NCBI GenBank assembly: GCA_049325595.1
Contig: JBMOLF010000010.1
Coordinates: forward strand, 160,001 to 224,000
Direction: 5' to 3'
Source: Candidatus Babelota bacterium
GTDB lineage: Bacteria; Babelota; Babeliae; Babelales; Vermiphilaceae
Length of the DNA stretch: 64,000 nucleotides
Translations under genes and position numbers: made by a program
Part shown: one piece after another, positions 46,301-56,884 of the stretch
Position numbering within the stretch: the first letter of the stretch is position 1
Layout: every line of letters begins with the position of its first letter
The notes under the pieces: model-generated
Database searches by the model: none
What the model was told of the DNA's origin: nothing
The model's input: the letters and a program-made list of their open reading frames with translations, nothing else

Positions 46301-47632
46301 ATGTTTGATTTCTTGAGTTCAAAATTTTCATCTATTTTTAGCAAACTTACTGGCAATAAGGTTTTAACTCAATCTGACGTTAATAATGCATTAGCGCAGG
46401 TAAAAGATGCTTTATTAGAAGCCGACGTGCCTTATGCTCTTGTGGAGCAGTTTTGCGCAGAAATCAATCAGGATATTGTTGGCCAAAAACTTATTGGCGC
46501 TTTAAAGCCAAATGAACAATTTATAAAGGTTGTCTATGAACGTATGGTTACCTTTTTAGGAGGTAAGCAAGTTGTTCCTTTTTCCTTTCAGCTCCCATCA
46601 ATAGTGATGGTTTTAGGATTGCAAGGTTCGGGTAAGACTACGTCTATTGCAAAAATTGCTTCTCTTATTCAAAAGCAAGCGCAACAAAAAGGAAAAAATA
46701 GGCGTATCTTATTGGCGTCGATAGATTTTTATCGTCCAGCAGCTATTGATCAGCTAGAACTGGTAGCAAAGCAGGCAGGGGTGAGTTTTTACCGATCCCA
46801 ATCAACTAATCCTATTCAGGCTGCAAAAGAAATTTATCATTTCTATAAAAAAGAGGGGTTTGAGTTGTTGTTTTTGGACACAGCCGGCCGTCTCCATATA
46901 GATAATGCGATGCTTCAAGAATTGCGTTTTGTAGAAGCTGAGTTAGAACCTAAGTATAAATTGCTCGTATTAGATGCAATGACTGGACAAGAATCCTTTG
47001 CAGTAGCGCAGGCTTTTGAACAAGGAATCGGGTTTGATATTGCTATGCTAAGCAAAATGGATAGTGATGCTCGAGGGGGAGCTGCATTTGCATTTAGATA
47101 TGCATTAAAAAAACCAATTATTTTTGCCGGTATTGGTGAAAAGCTTGTTGATATTGAACATTTTTATCCTGATAGAATAGCAAGTAGAATCCTGGGAATG
47201 GGAGATGTTCAAAGTTTGGTCGAAAAAGCAAATGAAAAAATAAAAGAATCTGAGCAAGAGCGTTTAACTAAGGCTTTTGCTAAAGGAAAATTAACTTTAC
47301 AAGATTTTGCTGATCAAATAGAGATGATGAATAAGTTGGGCTCAATGACTCATATTCTTAGGTATATTCCTGGGGTTAATAAGCAGAATGTTTCCCCAGA
47401 AATGATCGAAAAAGGCGAGCTTGAATTGAAAAAATTTAAGGCTATAATCCATTCTATGACGCCAAAAGAGCGTCTCAACCATGTTATTATAGATGCCTCT
47501 CGAAAAAAAAGAATTGCTATTGGAGCGGGCGTAACCCAGCAAGATATTAATACCTTGCTTGACCGCTTTGAACAAAGTCAACAATATGTTAAACTACTAA
47601 AGAAATTTGGACGGTTTCCTAATCTCTTTTAG
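46301..47632 (+). CDS. ffh: Signal recognition particle protein Ffh
   Basis: ALLEADV, GLQGSGKT, DTAGR, RILGMGD, SMTPKER. Confidence 0.97.
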   Translation: MFDFLSSKFSSIFSKLTGNKVLTQSDVNNALAQVKDALLEADVPYALVEQFCAEINQDIVGQKLIGALKPNEQFIKVVYERMVTFLGGKQVVPFSFQLPSIVMVLGLQGSGKTTSIAKIASLIQKQAQQKGKNRRILLASIDFYRPAAIDQLELVAKQAGVSFYRSQSTNPIQAAKEIYHFYKKEGFELLFLDTAGRLHIDNAMLQELRFVEAELEPKYKLLVLDAMTGQESFAVAQAFEQGIGFDIAMLSKMDSDARGGAAFAFRYALKKPIIFAGIGEKLVDIEHFYPDRIASRILGMGDVQSLVEKANEKIKESEQERLTKAFAKGKLTLQDFADQIEMMNKLGSMTHILRYIPGVNKQNVSPEMIEKGELELKKFKAIIHSMTPKERLNHVIIDASRKKRIAIGAGVTQQDINTLLDRFEQSQQYVKLLKKFGRFPNLF

Positions 47633-47677
47633 TTATTTTGTAATTAATTTTACCCTTTTTTAATTGAAGGATTATCT

Positions 47678-47956
47678 ATGGCAGTCAAAATTAGATTGTC
47701 TCGTATTGGTAAAAAACATGCTCCTTTTTATCGCATAGTTGCGGTAGATTCTCGCAAAAAGCGTGATGGAGCTTTTTTAGAAGATTTAGGCACTTATAAT
47801 GCACTAGATACTAAATTGGTAACTTTCCATGAAGAGCGTATTCAATATTGGTTATCTCAAGGTGCACAACCGACTGATTCGGTAAAAAAAATTCATAAAT
47901 TATATCAAAAGCAGGGTATTGAAGCTGCGGCTGAAACAAAAAAGCAAGCAGAATAA
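47678..47956 (+). CDS. rpsP: 30S ribosomal protein S16
   Basis: [24 protein letters not shown]. Confidence 0.98.
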   Translation: MAVKIRLSRIGKKHAPFYRIVAVDSRKKRDGAFLEDLGTYNALDTKLVTFHEERIQYWLSQGAQPTDSVKKIHKLYQKQGIEAAAETKKQAE

Positions 47957-47981
47957 ATACTAAGGTAAAGTGCTTCTGAAT

Positions 47982-49283
47982 ATGAAAATATCTGTTCTTT
48001 CAGTTTTTCCTGAGCTTTATAAACCATTCCTTGAGACAAGCTTAATAAAAAAAGCTCAAGAAAATAAATTAGTTAATATTCAATTAGCTGATTTTTTTTC
48101 TTTTGCGGCTCCCAAAGAGCGGATAGATGCGCCAACATTTGGTCATGGGGCAGGAATGCTCCTCAAGCCGGATATTATTCAGCGGGCCATTGAAAATACA
48201 GAAGAACAACGGGGGTCTAGTTATAAGATTTTTTTCTCACCTCATGGAAAAAAGCTAACTCAAAAATTGCTTAATTCCATTATGCAAAAAAGCGCAGAAC
48301 ATAAACATGTTATGTTGGTACCTGCTCGTTATGAAGGTATGGATGCTCGTGTAGAAGAATATTATGCAGATGAAATAATCTCTGTTGGTGATTTTGTATT
48401 AATGGGTGGTGATATACCTGCAATGATATTTCTTGAAGGGTTTATGCGGTTAATCCCTGGTATTATTGGCAAACAAGAATCGGTTGAACATGAATCATTT
48501 ACCGGTCCTTTTGTGGATTATCCAGAATATACTGAGCCAGTTGTATGGAAGGGTATGAGCGTTCCTGATGTTGTAAGGTCTGGGAATCATAATGCGCTAC
48601 AACGATGGCGCCAAACAGAAGCAGTAAAAAGAACAGTTCTGCATCATTTTGAATGGCTCAAATCATATCCTTTAAATTCAGAGCAAAAAAAAATAACCTT
48701 AGAACAAATACCACATCATTATATTGCATTACTGCATAGCAATGTTGTGCTTGGCGATCAAGACAAGATTGGAACTACTTCAGTTACATCTTTAGATATT
48801 CATGATATTGCGCGATCCTCTAAAACATATGGAATAAAAAAGTTTTTTGTAGTTACTCCGCTTAAAGATCAACAAAAAATTGTTGGAACTTTACTGGATT
48901 TTTGGCAAACCGGCTACGGAAGTGAATATAATAAGCATCGTCATGAGGCAATAAAAGATGTTCAATTAGTTGCAGAATTGGAACAAGTTAAAAACAAAAT
49001 TTATGAAATTGAAGGCCAAGTACCGCTTGTTATTGCTACATCAGCAAGAGATATCTCACATAGTCAAATGATTACTTTTTATGATTATGAAAAAGTGTGG
49101 GAACCTAAGCGTCCAGTACTTTTTGTATTTGGAACTGGTAAAGGCTTGTCTGATGAATTTTTAGCACAATGCGATTACCTATTATTGCCAGTTGTTGGAT
49201 TAACCGATTTTAATCATTTATCAGTTCGTTCTGCAGTTGCCATTATATTAGATAGATGGCTTGGTAATAATGTAAAGAACTAG
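47982..49283 (+). CDS. trmD: tRNA m1G37 methyltransferase TrmD fused to C-terminal SPOUT methyltransferase (DUF2168-type); GTG 47970 is an alternative start
   Basis: RYEGMDAR, SVGDFVLMGG, YPEYT, SGNH; then YIALLH, LDIHDIARSSKTYG, FGTGKGL, FNHLSVRSAVAIILDR. Confidence 0.93.
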   Translation: MKISVLSVFPELYKPFLETSLIKKAQENKLVNIQLADFFSFAAPKERIDAPTFGHGAGMLLKPDIIQRAIENTEEQRGSSYKIFFSPHGKKLTQKLLNSIMQKSAEHKHVMLVPARYEGMDARVEEYYADEIISVGDFVLMGGDIPAMIFLEGFMRLIPGIIGKQESVEHESFTGPFVDYPEYTEPVVWKGMSVPDVVRSGNHNALQRWRQTEAVKRTVLHHFEWLKSYPLNSEQKKITLEQIPHHYIALLHSNVVLGDQDKIGTTSVTSLDIHDIARSSKTYGIKKFFVVTPLKDQQKIVGTLLDFWQTGYGSEYNKHRHEAIKDVQLVAELEQVKNKIYEIEGQVPLVIATSARDISHSQMITFYDYEKVWEPKRPVLFVFGTGKGLSDEFLAQCDYLLLPVVGLTDFNHLSVRSAVAIILDRWLGNNVKN

Positions 49284-49291
49284 CAAAAAAA

Positions 49292-49320
49292 TTGGCATTC
49301 GTAATGTTTTAGGGTATAGT
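49292..49320 (+). promoter_or_regulatory. rplS promoter
   Basis: TTGGCA-17bp-TATAGT. Confidence 0.6.
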
Positions 49321-49381
49321 AAAAAATAATTCTTACAAATAAGATCTCCCGAATAATGCAAAGCATGAGGAATGATTTAAC

Positions 49382-49786
49382 ATGAAAGCAAAAAAAATTA
49401 CAAAAGAAACTATAATTGATTTGGGTGTGAAACCTAATATACTTCCTCCATTCAAAGTGGGAGATACTATCGCTGTATCTCAAAGAATAAAAGAGGGCGA
49501 TAAAGAGCGTTTGCAAGTATTTGAGGGGGATGTTATAAAAATAAGAAAAAATGGCATTTCAAGCTCTTTTACCGTTCGTAAAATTGGGGCAAATGCGGTA
49601 GGCGTAGAGCGTATTTTCCCAAACTTTTCACCTTTGATCGAATCAGTTAAAGTAATTAGAAATGGTAAAGTTTGCAGAGCAAAACTTTATTATATTAGAA
49701 AACGTGTAGGTAAAGCTGCTCGTGTACAAGAAAAAATTCTTACTAAAGAGCAAAAAGCTTCTAACAATGCACGTATAGAAGCATAA
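49382..49786 (+). CDS. rplS: 50S ribosomal protein L19
   Basis: [30 protein letters not shown]. Confidence 0.98.
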   Translation: MKAKKITKETIIDLGVKPNILPPFKVGDTIAVSQRIKEGDKERLQVFEGDVIKIRKNGISSSFTVRKIGANAVGVERIFPNFSPLIESVKVIRNGKVCRAKLYYIRKRVGKAARVQEKILTKEQKASNNARIEA

Positions 49787-49788
49787 TT

Positions 49789-50295
49789 ATGAATAAAGGT
49801 GCATATATTTTATTGATTGTGTGCCTGGGCTTTTTCCCTTCATGTTCAAAAAAAAATAAAAATAAGCAGGATGCTATAATAATGAGCAATCCTGCTTATT
49901 TTGTTGATCAAAAAGATCTTTTTGAAAATGAAATGTTAATAGAAAAAAGAGAGCAACATTTTAATAAAAGAAAAAGGTATAATTTATCTAATCAATTTGA
50001 TGAGTTGAGCAACAAAGAAATTCCCTATATGATTGATGCTCATTCAATAAAACAGCATGATATGGCAAGTCATACAAGATTAGAATATTATACTCAATAT
50101 ATTCCCGCCGAGATTACTAGTTTTTATGAACAAGAAATGGAATTTTTGGGTTGGGAGAAATTATTTTTTTACCAAGAAGAACAAGAATTTCTAATGGTTT
50201 TTACTAAACCTCATAAAAGCTTAGTCATTATAGGTAAAATAGAAAAGAATAAATATAAAGTCTTAATTTATACTGATAAGATCATTGAGCAATAA
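49789..50295 (+). CDS. Hypothetical lipoprotein
   Basis: Signal peptide with FPSC lipobox-like Cys; 'FYEQEMEFLGW'. Confidence 0.65.
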   Translation: MNKGAYILLIVCLGFFPSCSKKNKNKQDAIIMSNPAYFVDQKDLFENEMLIEKREQHFNKRKRYNLSNQFDELSNKEIPYMIDAHSIKQHDMASHTRLEYYTQYIPAEITSFYEQEMEFLGWEKLFFYQEEQEFLMVFTKPHKSLVIIGKIEKNKYKVLIYTDKIIEQ

Positions 50296-50303
50296 TATTA
50301 CTC

Positions 50304-50603
50304 TTAATCTTCATCAGAATGTTTTCTTTTATTACTCGTCGAAGCTGCGCCTGCTATAGCACCCAATCCTGCTCCTGTGCCCAAACCAATTAACGCTCCA
50401 TTGCGTCCTCCAGCTATTCCACCAATAGCGGCGCCACCTAAACCTCCAAATAATATTCCTTTACCAACAGCCTTTCCTCTATCATTTCTATAAGAACGAT
50501 AATTTTTTGTTTTAGCGTTTGCACCATGTTCAAAAGTAATTCCTGCGATAATTGCCCACATTAAAACAAATAACGATAGAAAAATAATTTTTTTTATCTC
50601 CAT
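50304..50603 (-). CDS. Glycine-zipper domain exported protein
   Basis: Signal peptide; GGLGGAAIGGIAGG..GALIGLGTGAGLGAIAG. Confidence 0.8.
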   Translation of the reverse strand: MEIKKIIFLSLFVLMWAIIAGITFEHGANAKTKNYRSYRNDRGKAVGKGILFGGLGGAAIGGIAGGRNGALIGLGTGAGLGAIAGAASTSNKRKHSDED

Positions 50604-50774
50604 ATAAACCCTTCTCCCTTATACTTTTCAAATACAATAATAAATTACAAAAAGAAACAATGTTTTTTCAATATTTTTATATAATTTTCAAATCTACACA
50701 GGTGGGGTGCAGGATCTAAGGAATATAGTTACATGTAGCAAAACTAAATTACCGGTAAAATCAATCTTGAAAAA

Positions 50775-52163
50775 TTAGAGTAAGTCGGGTAGTTTATTCA
50801 TTTTTCCGGCACCAAGAAGAAGTACTATATCATCTTCTTCAATTAAGCTGCTTAGTTGGGCTTTAATAAAAGTAAAATTAATGTCGTATGGAACATAATA
50901 AGTTTTAAAAGGTGGATTGCACTCATTTATAGCCGCTGCTAATCGTTCACTAGTAACATTTGGTATAGCTGCTTCGCTTGCAGGATAAATATCAGTAACT
51001 ATTAAGTGATCGATAGCGCTTTCTTTGAATGTGTCTATAAAATTTTGCCATAATTTGTCAGTACGACTATAGCGATGTGGTTGAAAAATTACGATAAGCT
51101 TTTTCTTACATTTTTTTTTGGCAACTAACAATGTATTTTGAATTTCCTTAGGGTGGTGGCCATAATCATCGAAGAATTCAGCCCCAAAAAATCTGCCTTT
51201 ATATGAAAAACGACGTTCTATTCCTTTAAATAATTGTAGTGCTTTTTGAATTATTTTAAATTCGATTCCTAAATCCAATGCGATTGATATAGCACCTAAT
51301 GTGTTTAATATATTGTGTTTACCAGGCATATGGATAGTAATTGTTCCCAAAGAAACTGAATTGCCTTTTGTGTAAACATCAAATGATGAGAAATCAGGTT
51401 CTATTTTAAGATTTTTCCCATAAATATCAGCAGTTTCATCTAAGCCATAAAAAACTTTTTTAATATGCGGAAGTTGTAAGGAAACTGCGCGTACCGCTTC
51501 ATCTTCAGCGCATAAAAATGCTTTCCCATAAAAAGGAATATTGTTTAAAAATTTTTTAAATGTTCCTTTAATATCATCAAGATCTGTGTAGGTTTCTAAG
51601 TGTTCTATATCTATATTGGTAACAAGAGCTAAGGTTGGATTTAATTTCTCGATAGAGCGATCACTTTCATCGGCCTCAGCAACTAAAAAATTTCCTAATC
51701 CCATGCGAGCATTGTTGGAAATATTTTTTAGATGTCCTCCAATAATAACTGTTGGATCTATGCTAGCTTCAATTAAAATATGAGAAATTAAAGAAGTGGT
51801 TGTTGTTTTTCCATGAGAGCCGGCTATAGCAATACTATATTTTGTTCTCATGAGCTCTGAGAGCATCAAAGCACGTGGAATAGTTGGAATTCCTTGCTCT
51901 TGTGCAAAAATAATCTCGGGATTATGAGATCGAATAGCAGAAGAGTAAACCAAAACATCAATAGATTTATTTTTACAAAATGTAGTGTTGTTGCCTTCGT
52001 AAACATGACAACCAATATCCTTAAGGTTTTGAATACTTTTTTGATCGATATCTTGATCGCAGCCAGATATTTCAAAACCTTGATGTTTAAGAATGGTAGC
52101 TATACCACTCATGCCAATACCGCCTATCCCCACAAAATGAATATGTGCTTTTTTTGTATACAT
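50775..52163 (-). CDS. murC: UDP-N-acetylmuramate--L-alanine ligase
   Basis: GIGGIGMSG, GSHGKTTT, EADESD, DDYGHHP, FQPHRYSR. Confidence 0.97.
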   Translation of the reverse strand: MYTKKAHIHFVGIGGIGMSGIATILKHQGFEISGCDQDIDQKSIQNLKDIGCHVYEGNNTTFCKNKSIDVLVYSSAIRSHNPEIIFAQEQGIPTIPRALMLSELMRTKYSIAIAGSHGKTTTTSLISHILIEASIDPTVIIGGHLKNISNNARMGLGNFLVAEADESDRSIEKLNPTLALVTNIDIEHLETYTDLDDIKGTFKKFLNNIPFYGKAFLCAEDEAVRAVSLQLPHIKKVFYGLDETADIYGKNLKIEPDFSSFDVYTKGNSVSLGTITIHMPGKHNILNTLGAISIALDLGIEFKIIQKALQLFKGIERRFSYKGRFFGAEFFDDYGHHPKEIQNTLLVAKKKCKKKLIVIFQPHRYSRTDKLWQNFIDTFKESAIDHLIVTDIYPASEAAIPNVTSERLAAAINECNPPFKTYYVPYDINFTFIKAQLSSLIEEDDIVLLLGAGKMNKLPDLL

Positions 52164-52243
52164 TTTTAAATCTCGTTGTTTTGAACTAATGATGTGTTGG
52201 TGTTTAGATAAAAATAACGATAAATTTATGTATTTACAAAAAA

Positions 52244-52627
52244 TTATAGAAGTTTTTTTAATTTTCTAAGTTGTTCACGCAAGGTAATAAGTTGTTGGAT
52301 AAATAAAGAATGGTCCAATAAGACAGTATTTGAACTATCAGTTGATAGTGAAGTGGAACTTATTAATTTTGTATCTTGTTTTAAAGTTGGTGTGCCTCTA
52401 TCTAAGAGTTGTTTTTTTGCTCCGGTAATAGTAAATCCTTTTTCATATAAAAGCTCTTTGATGAGTAAAAAAGTTTCTAAATCTTTTTCACTGTAAAATC
52501 GTTGTTTTCCAGCTGAACGGACTGATTTGAAATTAAATTCTTTTTCCCAAAATCGGACAACATATTTTTCAACTTTTAATTGTTTTGCAAGCTCACCAAT
52601 ACGAAATTGTCGTCTTTGCATTTTCAT
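52244..52627 (-). CDS. MerR-family transcriptional regulator
   Basis: FRIGELAK...VVRFWEKEF...QRFY...GFTITGAK winged HTH; start uncertain. Confidence 0.88.
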   Translation of the reverse strand: MKMQRRQFRIGELAKQLKVEKYVVRFWEKEFNFKSVRSAGKQRFYSEKDLETFLLIKELLYEKGFTITGAKKQLLDRGTPTLKQDTKLISSTSLSTDSSNTVLLDHSLFIQQLITLREQLRKLKKLL

Positions 52628-52828
52628 CAGGCTTCCCTTTTTTATCAATAACAATCAAATGATGTAAGTTATAACTCATCAGATCTTTTATGTAAAATAC
52701 TATTTTTTTGAGTTATACTCTTGGGCTGTTTTAGTGGTCAAGTATTTATTAATATGGTATTCTCAAACATAAAGTTAAAGTAATATCTCTCTTTTAATGG
52801 CTCTATTCCTCGCTCTAAGGAAAAAATT

Positions 52829-54352
52829 ATGAAAAAAATTAATGATTTAATTGTGCCGCTTACGCTAGCCTTTATTGTTAGCCTTGGAATTCAATATTAT
52901 ATGGGCAACAAAAATAATTCGACAAGTCAGCCTGAAATTGTTTCAGGGCAAGGTTTTACGGCAACCCCTTCAGCAGCAATCAACACCAAGCCATTATTAA
53001 AAGAAGTTGATTTTATTGATGAATCGTTAAAACCTTTATCTCAGCAACAAATTGTTGAGACTGATCATGCTATTTATACATTTTCTACCGGAGGGGCAAG
53101 TTTAGAGAAGTTTACCTTTAAGCGCCCGTACCATGGCACAGCAGATCTTATTAATACTATTCAAACTCCCGAAACACAACAAGAATCGCGAGCTTTTTTA
53201 GTAGCATTCGAGCAACCATCACCGTATAGTTATTCTTTGATGGATAGAAAAGACAGCGATGTTACTACGCAGTTAACATATCAAGCAGATTTTGAAAACG
53301 GATCTGTGATTAAAAAGTTTATAATACACCATAATAGTTTTCAAATTGATCTCATGCTAACGGTTATTCCTCATGGAGATAAAACTCTTACACCACGTAT
53401 ATTCTTGCCATCACCAGAAGTAATTGAATTAAAAGATGATACTATTTCTACTGTGATGAATAATGAAAAAAATGCGATAGTTACCGAGCAAATAAGTAAG
53501 CTATCTGAGCAGCAAGGATGGTTTGCGCCAACCCTGTTTGGTTCGCAAGATCGTTATTTTGTGCATGCGATGGTATCAAATCCTGATTTGTTTGTGAAAC
53601 GTGCATACTACAAGGCTAGTGCATCAAAACAGTTGATAACTATTTTAGAAGGGCCGGAGACCAGCAGTGAAAAGTCATGGATGGTATCTTTTTATGTTGG
53701 ACCTAAAGAGAGCAAAGCTTTAGCTGCAGTTGATAGTCGCCTAGAAAAGACATTAGGATATACGGGAATATTAGCTCCTATATCAAAAGCTCTTTTAGTG
53801 GTTTTAAATTTCTTATATCGCTATTTACACAATTATGGTTTGGCAATAATTATATTGACCTTATCATTAAATTTAATTTTGTTGCCATTACGTAAAAGAG
53901 GTAATGAGCAGATGAAAAAAACTGCTGAATTGCAAAGAAAACTAGCGTATGTACAGCAAAAGTATAAAAATGACCCAGAAGCATTAGCGCGTGAAAAGGC
54001 TGAGCTTTTCAAAAAATATGGGACAGGACTGGGAGGATGTTTACCAAATCTCATATTATTACCGGTATTTTTTGCGTTAAGTCCGGTTTTATCACAAGCG
54101 ATAGAGCTTTATAAAGCGCCATTTTTTGGCTGGATAAAAGATCTTTCAGCAAGGGATCCTTATTATATTTTGCCATTATTAATTTTTGTAATTTTCATAA
54201 TTCGAGCTTTATTTGCTGAAACTAACCAACGTTTTTCCATGTTGGCAGTTGCACTTATTTTTGGTGCATTTGCCGCCAATTTTTCAGCAGGACTTTGCTT
54301 ATATATTTTGGTTGGTGTGCTTATGGAGTTAAAAAACATAAGAAAAAAATAA
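52829..54352 (+). CDS. yidC: Membrane protein insertase YidC
   Basis: N-terminal TM, periplasmic domain, YVGPK, NYGLAIIILT, GGCLP, WIKDLSARDPYYILP. Confidence 0.93.
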   Translation: MKKINDLIVPLTLAFIVSLGIQYYMGNKNNSTSQPEIVSGQGFTATPSAAINTKPLLKEVDFIDESLKPLSQQQIVETDHAIYTFSTGGASLEKFTFKRPYHGTADLINTIQTPETQQESRAFLVAFEQPSPYSYSLMDRKDSDVTTQLTYQADFENGSVIKKFIIHHNSFQIDLMLTVIPHGDKTLTPRIFLPSPEVIELKDDTISTVMNNEKNAIVTEQISKLSEQQGWFAPTLFGSQDRYFVHAMVSNPDLFVKRAYYKASASKQLITILEGPETSSEKSWMVSFYVGPKESKALAAVDSRLEKTLGYTGILAPISKALLVVLNFLYRYLHNYGLAIIILTLSLNLILLPLRKRGNEQMKKTAELQRKLAYVQQKYKNDPEALAREKAELFKKYGTGLGGCLPNLILLPVFFALSPVLSQAIELYKAPFFGWIKDLSARDPYYILPLLIFVIFIIRALFAETNQRFSMLAVALIFGAFAANFSAGLCLYILVGVLMELKNIRKK

Positions 54353-54370
54353 AAATGAGATGATAAAATT

Positions 54371-54973
54371 ATGCTTAATGAGGTTCCTCAACTTGCTCAG
54401 TTATTAAAATTATTGCAACAAGTGCCCTATTTAGCTTCCAAAAATATTTATCGGGTAGCAAATTATTTTTTAACACTTGATCAATATAAAATGGAGCAGT
54501 TTTGTAATGCGTTGCTTGAGGTAAAAAATAATCTTGCAAAATGTTCTATTTGTTTCATGTGGCGTTCTAAAAATAAAGAATGTTCATTATGCTCTTCAGG
54601 TAAGCGAGATCAGTCTTTAGTTTGTGTTATTGAATCATGGCAAGAAATGTTAACAATAGAAAAAACTGGAGGCTATCAAGGAGTTTATCATATTTTGGGG
54701 GGATTAATTTGTCCATTGGAAGGAATAGGACCAGATCAACTAACTATAACGCCCCTGATAAAACGGATAGAAACAGGAACTATTAAAGAAATTATTTTAG
54801 CGACTAGCCAAACACCAGAAGGTGAGGCTACGGCTTCTTATATTGCAAGTAAATTAAAAGCCACATCGGTAATGGTATCATGTCTAGCTCGTGGTATACC
54901 GGTGGGGTCATCGATAGAAACAATGGATCGATTAACTGTTTATAAAGCATTATCAGAGCGTAGACCATTTTAA
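54371..54973 (+). CDS. recR: Recombination mediator RecR
   Basis: HhH, C4 zinc finger, YHILGG, TPEGEATA, LARGIPVG. Confidence 0.95.
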   Translation: MLNEVPQLAQLLKLLQQVPYLASKNIYRVANYFLTLDQYKMEQFCNALLEVKNNLAKCSICFMWRSKNKECSLCSSGKRDQSLVCVIESWQEMLTIEKTGGYQGVYHILGGLICPLEGIGPDQLTITPLIKRIETGTIKEIILATSQTPEGEATASYIASKLKATSVMVSCLARGIPVGSSIETMDRLTVYKALSERRPF

Positions 54974-54986
54974 TAAGCGAGGAATT

Positions 54987-56369
54987 ATGTTATTTGGTGT
55001 TTCAAAAGCCCAAAATTTTGATAGCAGAAAATTAATAAGAAAAGACTTAATAGCAGCAATTAAGGAAAAGTTTAATGTATCCAATGGCCTGATTGTCTTA
55101 TTTGCAGGATTTGAAAATGATCGTTCAGTATTTAGACAAGAAAGTAGTTTTTATTATTTATCAGGAATTACCGAGCCAGGTACTATTTTAGTAACGGACT
55201 TACAAGGTAATACGACTCTTTATATACCAAATTGTGGTAAGGAGCGTTCTCGTTGGATGGCAAATTCACTAGAAGCTAATACCGAGACAGCAAAGAGAAA
55301 TGGCGTTGATGAGATCAAATATCTTGGTGAAAAATGTGCAGGGTATCAGATTAATCCTTTTTTTCATGAAAATGAGTATGCCTATTTTATAGATTTTTTA
55401 AGAAGATCTGTGCAAAATAAAATGCCTATTTTTACTTTATATCCTAATTCCACTAATCAATATTTTGAACAAAGATTTATAGTGGAACGCTTAAAGCAAT
55501 TTATACCCGAACTTAATCCTAATATTAACGATATTAGTGATTTAGTAGCGAGCCTTCGAAGAAAAAAGGATATGGACGAAATCGAACATATGTATAAAGC
55601 AATAGAAGTCACTATTTTAGCCCAAGAAGCGGCTGCACAGACTATTGCTGACCAAGTTACCGAACATGAAGTGCAAGCAAGTCTTGAATATATGTTTACG
55701 GGATCTGGGGCGCGTGCAGCATTTCCAAGTATTGTCGCTAGTGGTAAAAATGGAACGATTTTACATTACAATGAAAACAATGGTGTATGCAAAAATGGTG
55801 ATCTTGTTGTGGTCGATATTGGCGCAGATTTAAATTACTATTGTGCTGATTTAACTCGTACGTATCCCGTTTCAGGTAGCTTTACAGCGCGCCAGAGAGA
55901 ATTATATACTATTGTTTTAGATATGCAAGAATACATTGCTGATAGTGCAAAACCAGGCATGTGGCTTTTTAATAGTCAATATCCGGAAAAATCTTTGCAT
56001 CATATGGCTGTTAAATTTCTACAAAAATATGGCTACGACAAATATTTTAACCATGGAATAGGTCATTTTCTAGGAATTGATGTTCATGATGTGGGTGATC
56101 GTTCTAAACCATTGCAAGAAGGTGATGTGTTTACTATTGAACCTGGTCTTTATATCCCGGAAGAGGGTATAGGAATTAGAATAGAAGATAATTATTGGAT
56201 GGTAAAAGAACATGCGATTTGCTTGAGCGAGTCTCTAGTTAAAAATCCTTCTGATATCGAGGAGCTCATGCGCAGTGAGAAGGAAGATGAATCAGAAGAA
56301 TATGGGTATGAATTTGAAAATGAACTAGGCGAAGAAAATGATGATGATTTGGAGTTAGCGCATAGCTAA
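54987..56369 (+). CDS. pepP: Xaa-Pro aminopeptidase (M24B)
   Basis: FRQESSFYYLSG, DIGA, DLTRT, HGIGHFLGIDVHD, TIEPG, RIED. Confidence 0.92.
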   Translation: MLFGVSKAQNFDSRKLIRKDLIAAIKEKFNVSNGLIVLFAGFENDRSVFRQESSFYYLSGITEPGTILVTDLQGNTTLYIPNCGKERSRWMANSLEANTETAKRNGVDEIKYLGEKCAGYQINPFFHENEYAYFIDFLRRSVQNKMPIFTLYPNSTNQYFEQRFIVERLKQFIPELNPNINDISDLVASLRRKKDMDEIEHMYKAIEVTILAQEAAAQTIADQVTEHEVQASLEYMFTGSGARAAFPSIVASGKNGTILHYNENNGVCKNGDLVVVDIGADLNYYCADLTRTYPVSGSFTARQRELYTIVLDMQEYIADSAKPGMWLFNSQYPEKSLHHMAVKFLQKYGYDKYFNHGIGHFLGIDVHDVGDRSKPLQEGDVFTIEPGLYIPEEGIGIRIEDNYWMVKEHAICLSESLVKNPSDIEELMRSEKEDESEEYGYEFENELGEENDDDLELAHS

Positions 56370-56884
56370 ATCAGCGCATCACAATTTTTAACTAATAGTA
56401 GGCCGGTTATGACGCCGGCTAAACTGATAATTGGCAACATGAATCGTTTTAATTTTGATGATTCAGTTGCCAATTCTTTTTTTTCTGAATTTATTTTATG
56501 AAAAAGAACTTTATAAAAACAACATAGACTTGTAAGTGATATGCTCATACCAATTATACTAATGCAGCTTGCTTTTATGGTGTTAAGACATGCCTTTTCT
56601 ATACTAACAATGTTTATTTCAGGAGCTTTTATAAGAATACCATTTTCAGCTAATATTTTTGCGCTTCCGGCTATATTGTTTAATGATTCAATTACTTGAG
56701 GTTGGGCCTGAATATATAACCCATTTTTGGCAAGATCGGTAGCACCATGGCCTATGGTAATCAATGCTTGTGGAAGTTGGCTTTTTTCTTGTGTGTTGTT
56801 AAAAATATTTTTCATAATTGCCGATTGCATATTGTTATAAGACAATAGGTAAAAAGCGATAATAATGCTATTCAGGAATTTCAT
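56366..56884 (-). CDS. Hypothetical membrane protein
   Basis: Signal-like N-terminus and two hydrophobic helices; overlaps upstream transporter stop. Confidence 0.6.
   Translation of the reverse strand: MKFLNSIIIAFYLLSYNNMQSAIMKNIFNNTQEKSQLPQALITIGHGATDLAKNGLYIQAQPQVIESLNNIAGSAKILAENGILIKAPEINIVSIEKACLNTIKASCISIIGMSISLTSLCCFYKVLFHKINSEKKELATESSKLKRFMLPIISLAGVITGLLLVKNCDALI

Noticed and set aside
50695..50725. GC-rich patch GGTGGGGTGCAGGATC as possible tRNA remnant or att site
   Set aside because: No cloverleaf, no matching tRNA 3' end in the window, no integrase
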